From assembly GCA_965202585.1 (NCBI GenBank), contig OZ241831.1:43338001-43402000 (forward strand): DNA of 64,000 nt, given 5' to 3'. Of this stretch, positions 9,701 to 21,302 are shown piece by piece; positions within the stretch are counted from its first letter, which is position 1, and each line of letters opens with the position of its first letter. The notes beneath the pieces are model-generated. The model did no database searches and was not told the DNA's origin. It saw nothing but the letters and a program-made list of their open reading frames with translations. The position numbers were made by a program, and so were the translations under genes. Source of the DNA: Thalia democratica. Its lineage: Eukaryota.

Positions 9701-12700
9701 TAAAAATTAACAAATAAAAACTTTATTTAAAACTATGGTGAAGATAAGCAAATACTAACCTAATTGAAAATTAAGAAAATATAAATATACGATATTTTGT
9801 TAAGTTTTACAAAAAATATACTGTTTTTTTTTGTCAATTGTTTTTAAGAGTAGGTGGTATAACCTTGACAGGATAATTTATGTCTTTTTTCAATGTTGAA
9901 TCATCCACATACGTCATAAGTATTTCAGTCATATTTAAACTTAACTTTTCGTAAGACATCAAATATTTTATTTAAAAAAAGGTAGTTAATATGTTTGACA
10001 TTGTTAAATTAACATATCTAAACACGAATAAGTTTAAATTTAGCAAAATTAACTTAAAAGTGTTTAAACAACATTTGAAATTTTCTCTTATTAATAAAAC
10101 AAAACAAAAACAATACAAACTTTACAACTTTTATAAGTATACAAGTTTTCAAAAACAAACAATAAATGTTTCCAACCTTTCTGGTAGGTTTCTGAAAAAC
10201 TTCAAATGCTGATTTAAACTTTCTACGTTGAGCTGTGGTCAGAATTGTCCTGGGTCGCTTCACTCCTCCCTGCTGGCTCCTTGGATCGTCTCCTCCGTGG
10301 ATGAACATACTTATGTCTCCGTGTGTGTCCTCACCTAGTTTTCTGTACCTCGCAGCGAGAACGTTGCACGAGTTCTCTGTTTGAAAAATTAAGAATATAT
10401 TTTAGTACTGAATGTTAGCTTATCTGAAAAAGATTTTGATATTGTAAGCTTAAGAAGTAGTAAAAAAATTAAACTTTTAAAGTAACGCATTTAGTTTGAT
10501 AAAATACTCCATAAAGGTTTGTGGCATTGTTTGTGAAGATTGTGTTTTACACATTTGAAAAAAATATACTTGTTGAAACTAAATATTAAAAAAAATAAAT
10601 AAACAATGCGTTATCAATTATAGAACCTACATCTGACATATTTAAAGATCCTGCTTCGGTCTGTTTATTAACGCAAGTTGATTGGTTCATTACAAAATTA
10701 CACGAGAGACAGGTAATAAGGCCACCATTTTCATCTCGTTTGCAATACTGTTCTCCAGGCTGTTTGTAAGCAAGTTTTTAACAATTTAGTTCCTTAAAAA
10801 TTAAAGATTTAAGAAGTAGAAACGAATTTAACTTATACTAATTTTTTTATTCAAAACTTTGTTTAAAAGTTAAACAAATATTAAAAGTCTTTTAAAACTT
10901 TAAAAAAAATATTTTTAAGTAATTTTAGAAGTATTTAAATAATTTGTAATAAGTTTCAAAGTAAAATGTATGTTAAGCTTTAATTATAATCAAGAAAATC
11001 ACACCAAATAACAAAACAAGTATTTCTGAACAATAAAAAAACTTTTTAATAAAAATTTATTGCAATTCACTCACCTTCACCAGTCGGCTGCATATTTCGC
11101 AGGAGAAGCACTCAACGTGAACGGGGCCGGGAAAAACCTTGGAGTTGGCGGCTATTGGCTGGCAGCAACGTTTGCACAGCTTCAACCTGTAAGTTGAACG
11201 TTGAATGTTTATTCTCCACGTTTGTGTGAAGTTTCAATGTTTATTTTTAATAAAACTTGTGTGAATATGGAATATTGATTTGTGTGCTTTTAGCTTGTGA
11301 TCATGTGCCGGTTTACTTTCTAGACAAGCGGCCTGTCAACTTGTGAGTGAAAATTTAATTGTTGTTGTTTTTTTTCACAAGTTTGCACAGCGCGACATGG
11401 CAAACAAAAATGCTGTCAGCTGTTAAAATTTTCTGTTGTTTTTAACAGCGAAGGTGTTTTACAGGTGCTCATATGAACTTGCCGAATTTTGAGACGAGCG
11501 ACGTCGAAGCTGCATTGTGACGTCATAACACAGCAAGACAGCAGAGAAAAACTTATGAAGCGCCTTCACTGTTGCGACTATGGCTCGCATTGAAACACCT
11601 GCCGAGGTGACTAAAGCAAAAACTTTCTCTCTTTGGAAATAAAGCCGAAAGTTTTCAACACAGAAGTGGGACACGAACTTGTGAGAACGCGTCGACAGCT
11701 GGGTTGCCACGGTAACGAGGTACGCTTTCGTCCAAACACCGTTTTTCTGTCAATCAAATCGAAGATGCGCCTAAACACCTTTTCACGATGAAAAGTTACG
11801 GTAGCTTTGTCTGCCATTGTGACGTCACTGTGAGACGGGCGTGAAATTCTCCCATCTGCTGGACTTCGTGACTTAAGTGAACAGAAAGGTGACTCAGCTG
11901 CTTTGTGATGATTGACGCAAATCTACAGAAGCAAAATACAAACTTTAATAAAAGAAATTGAGTGAGATGCACTTTCGTAATGGTGGATGCACGATGGGAA
12001 CTTTAAAATATTTTTGAGTTTGTTGTTGGTTTTAATTTACGAAATAAGTGTTGGTTGTATTAATTGTCTTTGCTTAATGCTAGTAGAGGATGTATAAAGT
12101 CAGTCTAATGTGTTGTACTTACCATACACATGTAGATTGTAAAAATTGTAGTTTGAAATTTAATAAAAGTGATTTAAGCAACTTATTAAATCTTATATGT
12201 GTTAAATTACCCAAACACAAATTTCTTCAATTTAAGAGACTTTCTCAACAAACTTGCAAAACAGTTCACAATTCTGCCCTCACTTTTGAAAGTTTCATGT
12301 GAAAATTCAGGTGAGAATCTCTCAGTGACAATTCAGTGGCGATGTGAAATTACATCAAAGCGTCAAAATTTTCCCATAAAAAACATTGGTATCTATTTTA
12401 GGAGCTAACATAAAAATGTTTTACTTGTTTTCGCGTATATACTTATTTACAAGCATGATAAACTAAACATTATCATTTGTTTTAAATCGCTTTAAAACAA
12501 CTATGCTTCATTCAATACAAAATCGTACCAACACTTTGATAGAGACAAAGTTGAAAACTTTAAACTAAAAGTGTTGTACAAAATAAGCTAACTTAATATA
12601 TATACAAAATAACTCACTAAATTGTTTATTTATTTTTAGCAGTAGGCTTAAAAAATAAAAAATAAAAAGTCATTTACTGTGACAGTTTATACACAATTAA

Positions 12701-15700
12701 TCTGTAAACTAAAGAAATTAATTGTGAAAGATAAACGACTTGCAAGCGTTAAATTTTAACATGTTTGCAATTTATTCTTGCAAAAACGGCCGACCTTACG
12801 AAAAGCACTGAATTTTTAAAAAGCTCTAAAATGCTTTTAATCTTGAAATAGCTGCAAATGCATTAAAAATTTTTTTATCGGCTTAACACAACTTAGCACG
12901 CACTAATGTTTGTTTATTGTTTACACTCGTTTGTAAGTCCACTCAAAACTTAAGAGGTATAAATGTAAAACTCAGTTATAAATGTATAGTAGAAAGCCTT
13001 CGTGGAAATTACATTAATACTGCACTTTAATTTCAAAGAAAAGTTCTTAATAAAAGTTGACCGTTGATACGCTCTATGAATTATTGAATTTTAACTTTAA
13101 AGTAATAGTTTTTCGGTACAATAAATTTAAAAATCATAAACTCTCTCGAAGTAGAAATGTTTGTGTGTTTTACTAAAATGATAAATTGACTATTAGATTA
13201 CTTTTATGTTTTATTTGCCGATACGCTCCTAGTAAATAAATTTATTTTAGTTTTAATAAAAACAGAGTAAGAGTTTAAACTAGTTCAAAAACTTGGCTTA
13301 AATTAGACATTTAGTTGAAAATTTTTTAAATTTGAAGATCAACACCAGGTAAAAATAGTCAAATTTTCAACTTTAATGTCAAAGTGTTTTAAAGATACAT
13401 GCGTAGCGCTGAACAGCTTAACTTTAATTGTTTATTCTCATCTTGACATTGATAAAATAGAGGTTTGTTAATTCTGAAAATATCTAGGCTAGCTATTTGT
13501 ATATTATTATTAGCTATGTAAACAACCGAAACTTTCTATATAGAAACTTTAAACATTTTAAAAAATTAGCATACGAAGTAGCTAGTTGCTTGCAAAATAA
13601 AAAATAATTGTCAAATTAATCAAGTTAACATTTTATCAACAACTTATTTACACCTGCTTGCAATTTCCGGCTGAGCCCAAATATCTTCACTAATTATATT
13701 CGTTCTGACTGAAATTATAGATGTGAGCTAATTTGTTTTCGTTTGCAGACAAAATAAGCTGACAGTTTCGGCTAAAAGGTGTGAACAAGTTTTATTTCCT
13801 GTTTACTGCCAAGCCAGTTCAATTCGGACGCGGGCTTGCCAAAACAAAATTATAACAAAATAAAACTCAATTAAACACCTGAGCTAAACAGAGTTATATT
13901 CAAACATATATAAGCTCACAAGAGTTAAATTTTAGTTTTTGAACCGTCAAATAAAACTTTTTTTTAACTAAAAATTTAGTTTAACGTTTACATCTAAAAA
14001 AAATCGATACTTAACCAAAAATAATATAAATTTTGATGAATTGATTTTTTTAATTCCTGCAAAAAAAAATTAATGCTTCCTCTTAACATGCATTACAAAC
14101 ATTATTAGTTAGTAAAAACTATGTGAAAAAGGCTAAAAAATTTAAAACTCGACTTTTTTGCATAAAAATTGTCGCGCTAAACTCAATTTCTTTGTTTTAT
14201 GAATGGTAGTTGTTTAATTCAGTTAAGTAATCTCTCTCCTCTGCGCAAAAACTTAATACGATCGAATTCCGATTCGTTAAATTTTCACCGGCTGCCGTTT
14301 GCCGCTACTTAACGCAATTTGACCATTGATTAGTTTTGACGAAAATTATTTTGTTTCTTTCAGGAGTTTATTTTTATATTGGCTACTCGCTTCAGAACAA
14401 ATCGAACTAAGATATTAAATTCAGCTGACATTCTCAAATGGTAATTGAAAGAACACTGAGCTGAATTAAATTAGAAAAATGAAAGAAAGTTTTTAGCTGG
14501 CATAATAAGTGTAATAATAAAATATTTGGTCGGAAAAAATCACTTTATAAGCTTAAAAACCATTAAAATATTTACTTTTGTAATAATTAGGTAAAAATAT
14601 AGACTAAAACAAAAATTAAAACTACTTATTTTAATAAAACATTTTTTTGTATAACTCATAGATATCTAAGAAAAAATTCTATATCGGAACAAATTAATCA
14701 TATGTGATTGATTTAAAAGACTTTAAAGCGAAGTTTATCATTTTATGTAATACATCAAAGTTTCAAAGGTCGTTGAGAGATTTACTAATAAGAAAAATGT
14801 ACATTTAACTTTAAACATGAAAATGGAGATGTTTTTATTTTTTTCTTTAAATTGAACAACTCAAAAATAAATAAAATAGCTAAAAATCTAAATTCGATAG
14901 TTTCTATGATAATACTAATCTAAAAACTTTTAAAATTTTAAAATCATGTTCTAATTGACTAAGTTAAATTTTTATTTATTTAACTATTAAGCAATCTTTA
15001 ATTTCTTTAAAACTAACTTTAATGAACAAATATATTAAAAGGAAATTCGAAACTAGCAAAATGTATGCGTCACTAAAACTTAAATCAAATGTATATTTAC
15101 TTTTAAAGTTTTACTTCTTATTACCTTGTGTAGTGTTGATGACAGTAGAAGTTCCCCTTTCTGACGTAACACTGGCCCACTAACACTTGATTGCACACAC
15201 AGCACACCACGCAGTTCTCGTGCCAATTTGATTGGTCAATTTTGAGGAAATACCGGTCTCTGATTGGCTTACTGCATCCCGCGCAGTAATGAACGCTGCT
15301 GATTGGATGTTTCTGTTCCATTGGTGCTGATTCGTTCAGTGAGTTTGTTGAGCAAAGTGATGAGCACATTCTTTCTTGCACTGTTTTAGTAGATTGTATA
15401 TGTAAAAATAGTGCACTATTGTTGTTAACAATATAATGCCACAAAAGTCTTTTAAAGTTAAAAATAGCAAATTAAAAAAAAACAAGAAAATCAAGCCGTG
15501 AGTAATAATTTTCTCAAAATTTCAAATCAATTATATTAATTTTTATAGATCAAACCTTATGGAAAATTTATGTGTGAGAACAACTTAAAGTGAAATAAAG
15601 TATTGGCAAAAAAGTTATTATGATTTACTTAACGTTCACAAGCCACAATTAATAAATTATTCACATCATTCGTAATAAAAATGTTCGCTAAAAGATGGAC

Positions 15701-15873
15701 TTTTACAAAAAAAAGTAAAAGTCCTTAAGGTTTTTTTTTTAACATAAAAAAGTACCTATGATTTTAAGAATTATAAAAAACTTACTTTTTAAACAATATT
15801 TGTTCATTTCTGCCTCACTCGTGAAATGACTGAAGGACTGAGTTGGTGAAACTTTGAATGTTAAAATTACCAT
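6705..15873 (-). CDS. Lmx1: Lmx1-type LIM-homeodomain transcription factor, copy A (~485 aa, 9 coding exons)
   Basis: Hand-assembled exons (minus strand): 15873-15786, 15380-15125 (LIM1, CAGCSKPIRDRYFLK..WHENCVVCCVC..CHQHY), 11186-11075 and 10759-10627 (LIM2), 10376-10177 ([28 protein letters not shown]), 9688-9611 ([26 protein letters not shown]), 8596-8521 (IKKLARK..), 7990-7835, 7063-6705 (C-terminal [14 protein letters not shown], like Lmx1 NPIDRLYSMQSSYF). All junctions are GT-AG and phase-compatible; total 1458 nt. Homeobox introns fall after RK and after NQRAK, as known for Lmx1 genes. The exon-4 donor (AG|GTTCTA) is the least certain. Confidence 0.92.
7269..7757. mobile_element. Non-autonomous hAT-like TIR element (~490 bp) in the last intron of Lmx1 copy A
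   Basis: Ends TAGTGATCTACCGGAT / ATCCGGTATTCACTA; 8-bp TSD ATATAAAC (7261-7268) / ATGTAAAC (7757-7764); internal CCGGAT repeats. Copy B shows the empty site with a single ATTTAAAC (49641-49648). Confidence 0.85.
11300..12400. promoter_or_regulatory. GC/CpG-richer intronic block in Lmx1 intron 2 (candidate enhancer); paralogue ~52620-53700
   Basis: Two CATTGTGACGTCA (CRE at 11518 and 11820), four RTGRGAA CSL-type sites (11681, 11994, 12311, 12371 reverse) and several CAGGTG/CACCTG/CAGCTG E-boxes in an otherwise very AT-rich intron. Confidence 0.45.
14230..14470. promoter_or_regulatory. Conserved non-coding element in Lmx1 intron 2 (paralogue ~55700-55940)
   Basis: High-identity island flanked by unalignable DNA; includes a 57-nt identical stretch (14411-14467 = 55883-55939). 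Confidence 0.6.
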
Positions 15874-16569
15874 ATTACATTGTACTGAAAAATTATTAGT
15901 GTATTAAATTACAAGAAAAATAGTACACAGAAAAAAATGGCCGATATACACTTTAGAAAAATGGTGCTTGTTAAATCTTTGATTACTTATATGAGATAAT
16001 TTTTAAATTAAGTAAGCTAAAAAACTAATTATAATAATAAACCAAAGCTTTAATAAAAATATTTTTATTTTATTTTAATTAAAAGATTCCAAATTTTTAC
16101 AGATAAAATTTTTAATTTAAAGTTAAAGATTTATGTACTGTTTTTTAATTAATTAAAGAAGTATAGAGTTCTATGAGAGGTTTACACGTTTAAGAATTTT
16201 GCTATGCACATTATTTTTGAGATACCAAATATGTTCATAACTTTTAAATATACACATATAACCAATAAGTTTAAAAAAAACATATCTGTTTAAACTTAAA
16301 CACTTTTATAAAAATGATTTTAAATTTAATGTATTCAACTATCAAATAATAACGGTTTATAAAAAGCTGAATTAAGTTGAATTTTTTTAAAACACTATTT
16401 GTTCATTTAACAATCTGTTTTTTTTTATAAATATTTGCAATAAAATTAATGCTTGTTTAAAAAAAAGCATTTAACAAATACTCTACAACTTTTTAATCAA
16501 TATCTAAAGGCAAAAAATAAAAGTTAAATAATATTATAATTACGTGTTCTTCTTTAAGCATCACTGAAA

Positions 16570-16720
16570 TGACACAATGGTCTTTCTTGTGTGTATCGCC
16601 ACAGAAACCATGACAACAAACATGATGCGTAAATTAGCTGAAATTGTAGCATAATTTAGTTATTCGTTTTTATATTTAGCAAATTTAATAAGACCGCACA
16701 AGCTGCTTTTGATATCAAAA
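16570..16720. promoter_or_regulatory. Conserved non-coding element upstream of the Lmx1 ATG (paralogue ~57850-57990)
   Basis: ACAGAAACCATGACAACAAA..CATGATGCGTAAATTAGCTGA..TAATAAGACCGCACAAGCTGCTTTTGA is shared by both copies amid divergent AT-rich flanks. Confidence 0.65.
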
Positions 16721-17569
16721 TTTATATTTTTTCTACTTAATAATATTTAAATAATTAAAGGGTAAAATAATATATTAAAATATAAACATAAGAAAGTTTA
16801 ATGTACTTTGACCGTAAAATTTTGTACTTTTTACGTAATGAAAATGTGGTAAAAAACTACTAAGTCAATTTTTTCTTGAAAGTAGACTTAGAACAAATAC
16901 TTAGAATAAACTAAAATGTGCGTATAACAGCATACACCATTAAAATTATAAACGATTATAATAAGTATTAACTTTTATCTTTAAGTTTAAATGTTTCAAA
17001 ATCAAATATACACTTTTTATAACTTATATACAAAAAAAAAAAAATTATAAATATTTAAACTATTTATATCCAAAATATTTCTATAATTTTTTTTTTAATT
17101 TAAAAAAAACTTTATGCATTTTTTGAGGTTTTTAATAGATCAAAAAATAGAAGTTTATGCATGAAGCTTTATTACAATTTTACGCCAAGCTATTGGAATC
17201 AAGATAAATGTTTTCTTGGCTACTGAGTAACTAATGTATTTCAAAACTTACTAAAATATATAGTTAAGAGTGTATGAACTTTGAACTAAATTACTAAAAT
17301 AAAAGTAGAAGCATTCAAATTATATAACTTTTTTTTTTGTTTTTGTTTTCAATAACATTTTAGTTAATAAAATCAAAACTAATTTGTTTTAGAGTATATT
17401 GTAATAAATTCTGTTTAAAATCAAGTATACACCTTTTAGAAATAGTGTGAAATAAAAAAAGCAAGACTTGTATTTAATTAATTGAAAAATTTTCATAGTT
17501 ATGATATATAAACCTTTTAGTTTTTGATAAAGCAATTTGATTGAACTTAAACTTTATAAGATAAACATA

Positions 17570-18130
17570 TTAAACCCGGATAACTTTTTTTTGACCTGCA
17601 GCGAAAATGCTAATTACCACTTGTAACAGTCTTTTGTTCGTCATTACAAAGTGACATTTCTCCTTTAAAAGCAACCAATCAATGTTTGTCATCAAAGTTA
17701 ACAGGTTTATTTTTAAACTCGGTTGCTTGATAATTACATGCTTTTGTTTTTATTATATCATAATAAAAGCTTTTTACAAAATGATGTACATGTTTTGAGA
17801 AAAAAAGGTATTTTGAGACATTTATTTTATCAAGTGTTAAAACTTTGTTGCTTGTAAATCTAATCTTAAAAAAATTTCATAGCCGTATAAATACTGTGCA
17901 TCGTTTTACCTTGAACTACGAAACAACAAAAAAAAATTAGTTTTCATATTTCAACGATAAGACAATGTTGTAAAACCACACTGAAGAATTTAACGAAAGG
18001 TCACATGTGTAAGCCTAAAATGGCGAAGAATGTTGTTGAAATGGGGAATCACCGTGGCAGAAATCATGTTTGACGGATGTTTATACAAACAAAGAACGTT
18101 GTAACACATTGTTTTCTTGTTTTTATTAAA
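17570..18130. promoter_or_regulatory. Conserved non-coding elements upstream of the Lmx1 ATG (paralogue ~59130-59720)
   Basis: Shared blocks AACCCGGATAA, GACCTGCA, ATGCTAATTACCACTTGTAACAGT, GACAATGTTGTAAAACCACACTGAAGA and GGGGAATCACCGTG. Confidence 0.65.
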
Positions 18131-19388
18131 AAGTTTGAACTATAACTTGATATGTTTTAGGATCAATAATTAAATATAATAAATGGTGTTATTCGGTCTT
18201 TGTTTAAATGAAAAATTAATTTCGTAAAAAATGTTTATTTATAAATTTAAACATAACAACTTAACATTTATACTTAATAAACTATTTAAAAAGTAATAAG
18301 AAAGTTTTCTTTGTTTCAAAAAAAATATATGTTTTTAAAATAGAAAACAAGCTATAATATTTTAAAAACCTTTATGCTTTTATATAGTTTTTAAATAGAA
18401 GAAACTTTGAAAGTTTGTGCTAAACAAAACATGTACCTCGTAAATAACTTATCAGTATTAAAACTTGTCTTCAACAAAATTTTTAACTTAGCTTTACTAC
18501 AACTGTGAATTTTTAATAGGCACAATCTATAAGATAATCGACAATATTAAACATTTTTAACAACAAAGATCAACAAATGCTTCTAATCTTTTATTTTCGT
18601 TTAAGCCTCTTACTTTAATATATTTAATATCTACGGATTTTTCTTTGTGTCTATTTTTTAGTTTAAAATTGGGTATTTGATTTAAAGAACTTTAAAAATT
18701 ACAATATAAAATATACAGTATTTTATAAATATAAATATTTGATTAGATAAGTATTATTTTTTATATAATATATTTTTTTGAGATATAACGAACTAAAAAG
18801 TATACTTAACCTTTGTTATTGTTTTTTTAGATGTCTGTAACTTAAACACTTGTGTTAATAAAATTTGACTTTTGTATGGGCTTAAAGTAGGTTATATAAG
18901 TTGTTTATTAAATACTGACAAACGCTATAATTTTGTTTAAAATCACAATTTGGAAACTAAATGTTTATTTGAAAAGTATCTGTATAGCAATACAATTTTT
19001 CATAATAAAAACAATAAAATTACAGCTTATTTTTTTCAATAATTTTCAATAATTTGATATAAAATATTTTAAATAGCATAAACACAATTACTTACTAACT
19101 GTAGTCAGTTTAATAAAAAACATGTTTTTTTAATAACTTAGCCTAAATGTTATGTAAATTCTTGCTACAAATAAACCTAAAGCTAAAAAAAATGTAATAT
19201 AACTAAATCTAAACAAAAAAATAACTTACTTAACACTACTTTAAAAACAACTTAAAATAACTTTCAAAGCTTTAAAACTTACTACTGGTCTAAATTTTAT
19301 TCGCATTGAAAGTTGTCAGTTGTATTTGGAAAGTTGGCTTCAAACTTTTAACTGAGTTTACTTTTTACCTATCTCATCTCTCACTTAC

Positions 19389-19435
19389 TTTCCTCTCTCG
19401 TTTGCCGCCATTACTTTTCAAAATTTCTCTCGCTT
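19389..19435 (-). other. Putative non-coding first (5' UTR) exon of Lmx1 copy A; paralogous exon at ~61150-61195 in copy B
   Basis: Conserved block in both copies ends in AAA|GTAAGT (donor at 19388/61149). A conserved TTTTTCAG acceptor lies 11 nt upstream of the coding ATG (15884/57459), so a spliced leader exon is implied. The 5' end is not defined. Confidence 0.55.
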
Positions 19436-19869
19436 TATTTTATTAAAGCTAACCTTCGAAACTTTTTTGAAAAAATAAATCTATATTCGGTTCTATATTT
19501 TAATCTATAAAGAATACTAAAGTATACGTATAAATAAAATATCTAGTACACTCATAATCTTAGTAAACTTTTTTAGAATATACTTATAATTTAACGTTAT
19601 ATCTTGTAAATAAATTTTTCCTAAATAAAAGTTTTTTTTAAATAATATTTTTAAATAAAGCAGAATATAGCATAGGTGTGCAGAGAATTGTTGAGTAAAA
19701 AGCCGCATTTTTGGTTTGAAAAACACACGTTTTTTATTACTTCAACAGTTACAGGCATAACTAACTTACTTTATAAAAAATTAACCTTTTTATTAGGAAA
19801 CAGTATTGTAAATAATTAAAAATAGAATGAATTTTTGAAAAGATAATTTAAATTTTTAATTAAATGTTA

Positions 19870-20781
19870 GTATACATAGAGTTATTACAACTTTTGCTTT
19901 TAAATTTTTAACTCTTTACATTTATATACCTATTTATATCAAAAACATTTTTTTAAAGTAATTTAGTCAATGATAATTGAAATTACACTAAATAAAATGT
20001 TTAGACTTATACAAGTAAATTAAAATATCTTTAAATTACAGTTAAAATTTAGCCTGATGGTGAAGGGATTTTAATGATGGTTTTGAACTTTTTTTGAGTA
20101 GAAAATTTAAAAAAATCAAGATTAAACTTTTTGGCCAATAGATATACAAAAATAAAACAACTTAAATAAAAATATTAAAATACCAGTAAAATAAAAAAGA
20201 ATAAATTTTAAAGTGGTGTAGTGATCTAAAGATGTTTTGAAAACTCTCTAAACTGAACTTTTCAAGGTTTAAACCCAGTTGGTCGACCCATAAACAAAAA
20301 ATATAAATGTTTAAGTACAAAAGCTTCACACAACATTATTATATACAATCAATTAAGTAAATTAAAATTTTGTTGAAAATATTTTACACTTTTCAAATAA
20401 AATTGTACTTACTAGTTGAAAAACAATACATAATCAAAAGTTATTTACACTAAGTAACAATTTATTATGGGAACCATAAGCATCTTAGTAAAATGTTTCC
20501 CAGAAAAAAAATGCTTCTTTAAGACTTTTGCCTATTTTCAAGTCACGATTAAAATTTTATTTGAAATCTATTTCAGCTGGGCAAAAACGAGCATTTTTTG
20601 TTGCTGCAAATTATAATCTTTCAGTGTTATAAATTTAACATTCATCATTCAAAGTATATCAAATAACCAAAACAAAGTCAATAAACAACTATTTAGTGAT
20701 ATTCTAAGATTATTTTTTTGTTTTCTTTTTTTTTTTTAGGGTGTTCACACGAAACAGGAAACCAATTTAAACATGCCCATG
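19870..20781. mobile_element. Left-truncated copy of the TIR element at 23568-24759
   Basis: About 900 bp of direct similarity to 23870-24759, ending ACATGCCCATG (versus ACACGCCCCTG) and followed by GTGTACAC. No left end found. Confidence 0.65.
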
Positions 20782-21152
20782 GTGTACACCGGTGTACTCC
20801 TTGAAGACCACTGCTGTAAACTATAAATACTTGCGTTATAATACTAGTTTAACAAAATAATGATTTATTTTATAAGCTAACTAGTACCAAAATAAATTAA
20901 AAATTCACAATAAACTCTATTTGTGTTTTTAGGAAAAGGTGTTTTATATCTATTTGAAAGAAGTGTTACAAAAATGTATAGTTATGTCAAAGATTTATAT
21001 TTTTTTATACAATATACTTTATTTCCTTTTTCAGTACAAAAAAGTTTTCTAGTTTTTTTAATTAAAAATCCTAAAAAAGATAGCTAAACAAGATTTTTTT
21101 GATTTATAAAGTTTTAATTTTCAATTTTTTTTTAAATTTGTTACTACAGAAC

Positions 21153-21267
21153 TTTTGAAATATTGCAAATGACATTTCCAGAAAAATTGACCAGAAAAAT
21201 TTATGATATAAATAAGATTTTGTTACAAATAAAATTTTCTTGAAATGTCACTTGCAATATTTCAAAA
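21153..21267. repeat. Inverted repeat/foldback with 36-bp arms (33/36 complementary)
   Basis: 21153-21188 TTTTGAAATATTGCAAATGACATTTCCAGAAAAATT versus 21232-21267. Confidence 0.9.
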
Positions 21268-21302
21268 TTTTATTTTTTTAAATGTTATAGGAACAATCAT
21301 TT

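Larger units (their letters stand above)
3439..19435. repeat. Segmental duplication unit A (downstream element, Lmx1 gene and leader), paralogous to 44690-61195
   Basis: Collinear homology starts at TACTCACAAGCTCGGGTCGGAAGATAAC (3439/44690) and continues through the 3' flank (5690/48090), all exons and the conserved non-coding blocks to ~19435/61195. Confidence 0.95.

Noticed and set aside
11459-12408. ORFs of 68-140 aa conserved in both copies of intron 2 (also 52784-53740)
   Set aside because: They lie in the near-identical tract, so conservation is uninformative. They overlap in several frames, differ in extent between copies and show no domain.
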